DNA from: Candidatus Aminicenantes bacterium
GTDB taxonomy: Bacteria; Acidobacteriota; Aminicenantia; Aminicenantales; Saccharicenantaceae
Assembly: GCA_022867105.1 (NCBI GenBank)
Contig: JALHVH010000047.1
Location: 1 to 31,321 of the forward strand
Reading direction: 5' to 3'
Length of the DNA: 31,321 nt
Under the pieces are notes generated by a model. It saw only the letters and a list, made by a program, of their open reading frames with translations. It was not told where the DNA came from and did no database searches. The translations under genes and the position numbers were made by a program. Shown in pieces: positions 28,238-31,321 of this stretch (position 1 is its first letter; the number at the start of each line of letters is the position of its first letter).

Positions 28238-29011
28238 ATGAAACGCAGCCGATTGCCTCTCCTCGTCACGATCGCGGTGCTGTTCTTTCTCTATCTCCCC
28301 ATCATCATCCTCGTCGCCAACTCCTTCAACGCCTCGCGCTTCAGCACCGGCTGGCAGGGCTTCTCGCTGGGGTGGTACGCCCGTCTCCTCCACGAACCGG
28401 AGATCTGGCGGGCCGCGCGGAACTCCCTGGTCATCGCTCTCGGGGCCACGGCGTTGTCCGTCGTCTTCGGCACGACGGCCGCCTTCGCCCTCCACCGCTT
28501 CGCCCGGAGCCGCCTCCAGCGCTTTCACTACGGCCTCGTCTATACGCCGCTCGTCGTCCCGGAGATCCTGATGGGGATCAGTCTCCTCATGGCCTTTGCG
28601 GCGGCGGGCGTCCGCCTGGGGCTTGGGACGATCTTCTTGGCCCACGTCACGTTCTGCGTCAGCTTCGTGGCCATGACGGTCCTGGCGAGGCTCCAGGACT
28701 TCGATTTCGCCGTCGTTGAGGCCGCCCAGGACCTGGGCGCCGGTTGGGGAACGACCCTCCGGAAGGTCCTTTTGCCGCTCCTCGCGCCGGGGATCCTGGC
28801 CGGGGCGCTCCTCGCCTTCACCCTGTCCATCGACGATTTCGTCATCACGTTCTTCGTAGCCGGTCCGGGTTCGACCACCCTGCCCATCCGCATCTACAGC
28901 ATGATCAAATACGGGTCGCCTCCGCTCATCAACGCCCTGTCGACCATCCTGTTGACGGTCACGTTCACCGCGGTGGCCGTGAGCCAGAGGATCTCCCGTT
29001 CCAAGGGGTGA
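28238..29011 (+). CDS. potC: Spermidine/putrescine ABC transporter permease
   Basis: FLYLPIIILV, PLVVPEI, EAAQDLGA, FTLSIDDFVIT and TLPIRIYS. Confidence 0.9.
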   Translation: MKRSRLPLLVTIAVLFFLYLPIIILVANSFNASRFSTGWQGFSLGWYARLLHEPEIWRAARNSLVIALGATALSVVFGTTAAFALHRFARSRLQRFHYGLVYTPLVVPEILMGISLLMAFAAAGVRLGLGTIFLAHVTFCVSFVAMTVLARLQDFDFAVVEAAQDLGAGWGTTLRKVLLPLLAPGILAGALLAFTLSIDDFVITFFVAGPGSTTLPIRIYSMIKYGSPPLINALSTILLTVTFTAVAVSQRISRSKG

Positions 29012-29014
29012 ACT

Positions 29015-30052
29015 ATGAAAAAGCGCCCGACCCGGGTCCTCCTCGTGCTGGCCGCGGCCGCCTCTTTCGTGAGCTGCGGGCGGTCAAAGCCCGTCCTCAA
29101 CATCTACACCTGGGCGGATTATTTCAAGCCGGATATCATCCGCCGTTTTGAGCGGGAGAACGGCTGCCGGGTGGTCATCGACACCTTCGACTCCAACGAG
29201 GCGATGTATGCCAAGCTCAAGGCGGGCGCCGCCGGCTACGACCTGCTGACCCCCTCGAGCTACATGGTCAGCCTCATGAACTCCCAGGAGATGCTCCAGC
29301 CGCTCGACCACGGCCTGCTCCCCAACGCAGCCCACGTCGATCCGGAGTACCTCGAGATCGCGATCGACAAGACGATGCACCACTCCGTCCCCTACATGAT
29401 CGTGAACACCGGCCTCGCCTACCTCAAGAGCAAGGTCGCGGACTTCGTTCCCTCCTGGTCGATGTTCGACCGGGCGGACCTTAAAGGCCGGATAACCCTG
29501 CTGAACGACATGCGGGAGACGATCGGGGCCGGGCTCAAGTCCCTGGGTTACAGCCTGAACAGCACGGATCCACGCGAGCTGAGACAGGCCAAAGAAGTCG
29601 TGCTGCGTTGGAGGGCCCGCATCGCCAAGTTCGAGAACGAGCAGTACAAGACCGGCATCGCGTCCGGCGAGTTCCTCCTCGTCCACTCTTACTCCGGCGA
29701 CATCCTCCAGGTCCAGCGGGAGAACCCCGACGTCGCGTTCGCCATCCCGAGGGAGGGCACCGCCATTTCCGTGGATGACCTGGTCATCCCGAAGACGGCC
29801 GGGGAGGTACGGCTGGCCCACGCCTTCATCAACTTCCTGCATGACCCGCGGACGGCCGCCGAGAACACGGTCTTCCTCAGCTACCTCTGCCCCAACAGGG
29901 AAGGCTACGCGCTCCTCCCGGCCGAATTGCGGGACAACCCGGCGGTCTTCATGCCCCCGGAGTTGAGGGCCAGGAGTGAGATCTTCGCCGACCTAGGCGC
30001 GGCCAACGCCCTGTATGTGAAGATTTGGGACGAAATCAAATCCGCAAAGTGA
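29015..30052 (+). CDS. potD: Spermidine/putrescine ABC transporter substrate-binding lipoprotein
   Basis: Lipoprotein-like signal ending FVSC, then LNIYTWADY, FDSNEAMYAKL, DMRETIG and IPREG. Confidence 0.88.
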   Translation: MKKRPTRVLLVLAAAASFVSCGRSKPVLNIYTWADYFKPDIIRRFERENGCRVVIDTFDSNEAMYAKLKAGAAGYDLLTPSSYMVSLMNSQEMLQPLDHGLLPNAAHVDPEYLEIAIDKTMHHSVPYMIVNTGLAYLKSKVADFVPSWSMFDRADLKGRITLLNDMRETIGAGLKSLGYSLNSTDPRELRQAKEVVLRWRARIAKFENEQYKTGIASGEFLLVHSYSGDILQVQRENPDVAFAIPREGTAISVDDLVIPKTAGEVRLAHAFINFLHDPRTAAENTVFLSYLCPNREGYALLPAELRDNPAVFMPPELRARSEIFADLGAANALYVKIWDEIKSAK

Positions 30053-30223
30053 GGCGCCTCCCAAAATCGCCGATCGGGTTCTTTCTTCCCAAGTGATGAC
30101 ACCGACTTCTGGCAATACCCGAAATTCCGACCCGCGTCCTATTGGCAATTTTGAGTCGACCGGAAAGGCTTTTATTAGCGGCGCGAATTGCGTTATAATG
30201 TTTCGGAAGCTGAAGAAGCCCCA

Positions 30224-30859
30224 ATGACGATTTCCAGGTCCGTCTTATCCGTCCTCATGGCCGTTATTGTTTTATCCGGGCCGGCTGGTCTCCAAGAACA
30301 GGTCAATCCTGCCGACGCCTGGGAGAAGCGCTTCAATGACCTCCAGCCTCCCGACAAGGTCATGGAGGCCATCGGGGTCAAGCCGGGAATGGTTATCGGT
30401 GAGATCGGAGCCGGCCGGGGTCGCTACACCGTGCTCCTCGCGGGCAACGTGGGCCCGGCAGGAAAGGTCTACGCCAACGATATCGACGCCGGGAGCCTGG
30501 CCTACCTGAGGGAACGGTGCCAGAGGGATGGAATTGGGAACGTCGTCATCATTCTCGGCAGGATGGACGACCCGCTCTTCCCGGCCGGGAGCCTGGACAT
30601 GGTCTTCATGGTCAACACCTACCATCACCTGGCCAGGCCCGTGGTCCTTCTTAGGAACCTCATCCCGGGCCTCAAGCCCGGGGCGATCGTGGCGGTCGTC
30701 GAACACGATCCGGATAAGAGCGGCGCGGAGTTCCAGAAGGAATCGACCTCGCAGGAAGCGCTCCGGAAGCAGGCCGCCGATGCCGGATTCGAGGTCGTCC
30801 GCGTCGAAACGTTCCTGAAAAAAGATAATATCTACATCCTTCGCGTCAAAGAGCCGTAA
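30224..30859 (+). CDS. Class I SAM-dependent methyltransferase with putative N-terminal signal peptide
   Basis: Motif I EIGAGRG, then YANDID, LDMVFMVNTYHH and LKPG. The start is placed at ATG 30224; TATAAT lies at 30194-30199. Confidence 0.85.
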   Translation: MTISRSVLSVLMAVIVLSGPAGLQEQVNPADAWEKRFNDLQPPDKVMEAIGVKPGMVIGEIGAGRGRYTVLLAGNVGPAGKVYANDIDAGSLAYLRERCQRDGIGNVVIILGRMDDPLFPAGSLDMVFMVNTYHHLARPVVLLRNLIPGLKPGAIVAVVEHDPDKSGAEFQKESTSQEALRKQAADAGFEVVRVETFLKKDNIYILRVKEP

Positions 30860-30977
30860 ACTTTAGGCCGTGCTCCCGGACGTTTGACTTTTCCCATCGT
30901 TGATCCATCGGTATCTACCGCCTCCCCAAGGCCTGATTCAAACCTCGATCGCGGGATACTTAGGGCGCCTAAGCGGC

Positions 30978-31070
30978 TCATGTCTCCGTCAGCTCCAGAA
31001 AGATACCTTCCAAGGATTGATCGCCCCCGGCCCGGGCCTTGAGCCCGGCCATGTCGCCGAAGGCGACTAG
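30978..31070 (-). pseudogene. Vestigial 3' end of an ABC-2-type transporter ATP-binding gene
   Basis: Reads LVAFGDMAGLKARAGGDQSLEGIFLELTET*, resembling the C-terminal SLEDIFLELT tail of ABC ATPases. There is no Walker region upstream. The stop overlaps an ATG (ATGA) that starts MSRLGAL. Confidence 0.55.
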
Positions 31071-31080
31071 TGGAAACCTC

Positions 31081-31320
31081 TCAAGACGCGAGGCCCGCGA
31101 CGAAGCCGGATGCCCAGGCCCAGGCCAGGTTGAACCCTCCCCGCCCGCCCTGGACGTCCAGAACCTCTCCGGCCAGGTAGAATCCTTTCCGAAGCTTGGA
31201 TTCAAGCGTCCGGGGATCGACCTCGCGGGCATCCACCCCGCCGCAGGTGAACTCGGCCTCGTTCCAGCCGCGCGTCCCCTGAACGGAAAAACGTTTCTCC
31301 TTGAGGGCTGAGGCCAGGGC
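31081..31320 (-). CDS. HI0933/YhiN family FAD-dependent oxidoreductase, C-terminal part (5' end outside window)
   Basis: Manual translation gives ...AEFTCGGVDAREVDPRTLESKLRKGFYLAGEVLDVQGGRGGFNLAWAWASGFVAG*. It is absent from the ORF track because it lacks a start codon. Confidence 0.88.
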   Translation of the reverse strand, partial: ALASALKEKRFSVQGTRGWNEAEFTCGGVDAREVDPRTLESKLRKGFYLAGEVLDVQGGRGGFNLAWAWASGFVAGLAS

Positions 31321-31321
31321 G

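Noticed and set aside
30960-30973. CTTAGG-GCG-CCTAAG as a second copy of the 14202 palindrome
   Set aside because: The spacer and arm lengths differ and the context is unrelated. Likely chance.
30978-31232. 84-aa ORF-track protein as a real gene
   Set aside because: It is a chimera of an off-frame reading of the YhiN-family gene and the ABC-ATPase remnant.

Overview
A bacterial window, probably from an anaerobe, with about 24 kb (1.5-25.2 kb) given over to branched- and short-chain acyl-CoA metabolism. The + strand operon at 6974-15391 opens with an archaeal-type HMG-CoA synthase / thiolase / DUF35 triad. It continues directly into 3-methylcrotonyl-CoA carboxylase (beta, biotin carboxylase, separate BT-BCCP), a methylglutaconyl-CoA hydratase-like crotonase and an acyl-CoA dehydrogenase. 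No HMG-CoA lyase is present anywhere in the window. The converging - strand operon (25233->15421) encodes EtfB, a ferredoxin-fused EtfA, MeaB, a split B12 acyl-CoA mutase with isobutyryl-CoA-mutase specificity residues, and a full beta-oxidation set. To the left are a GctAB-type CoA-transferase, an acetyl-CoA hydrolase/transferase, an MBL hydrolase, a BirA with an eroded DNA-binding domain and two signalling genes. To the right are an internally deleted IS remnant, a perfect 25-bp inverted repeat, potABCD, a methyltransferase with a putative signal peptide, a vestigial ABC-ATPase tail and the 3' end of an HI0933/YhiN-family flavoprotein. The strongest candidate for an undescribed system is the apparent substitution of HMG-CoA lyase by the archaeal HMGCS-thiolase-DUF35 complex inside a leucine/isovalerate-type operon. 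All product calls come from motif recognition by eye; no database searches were run.
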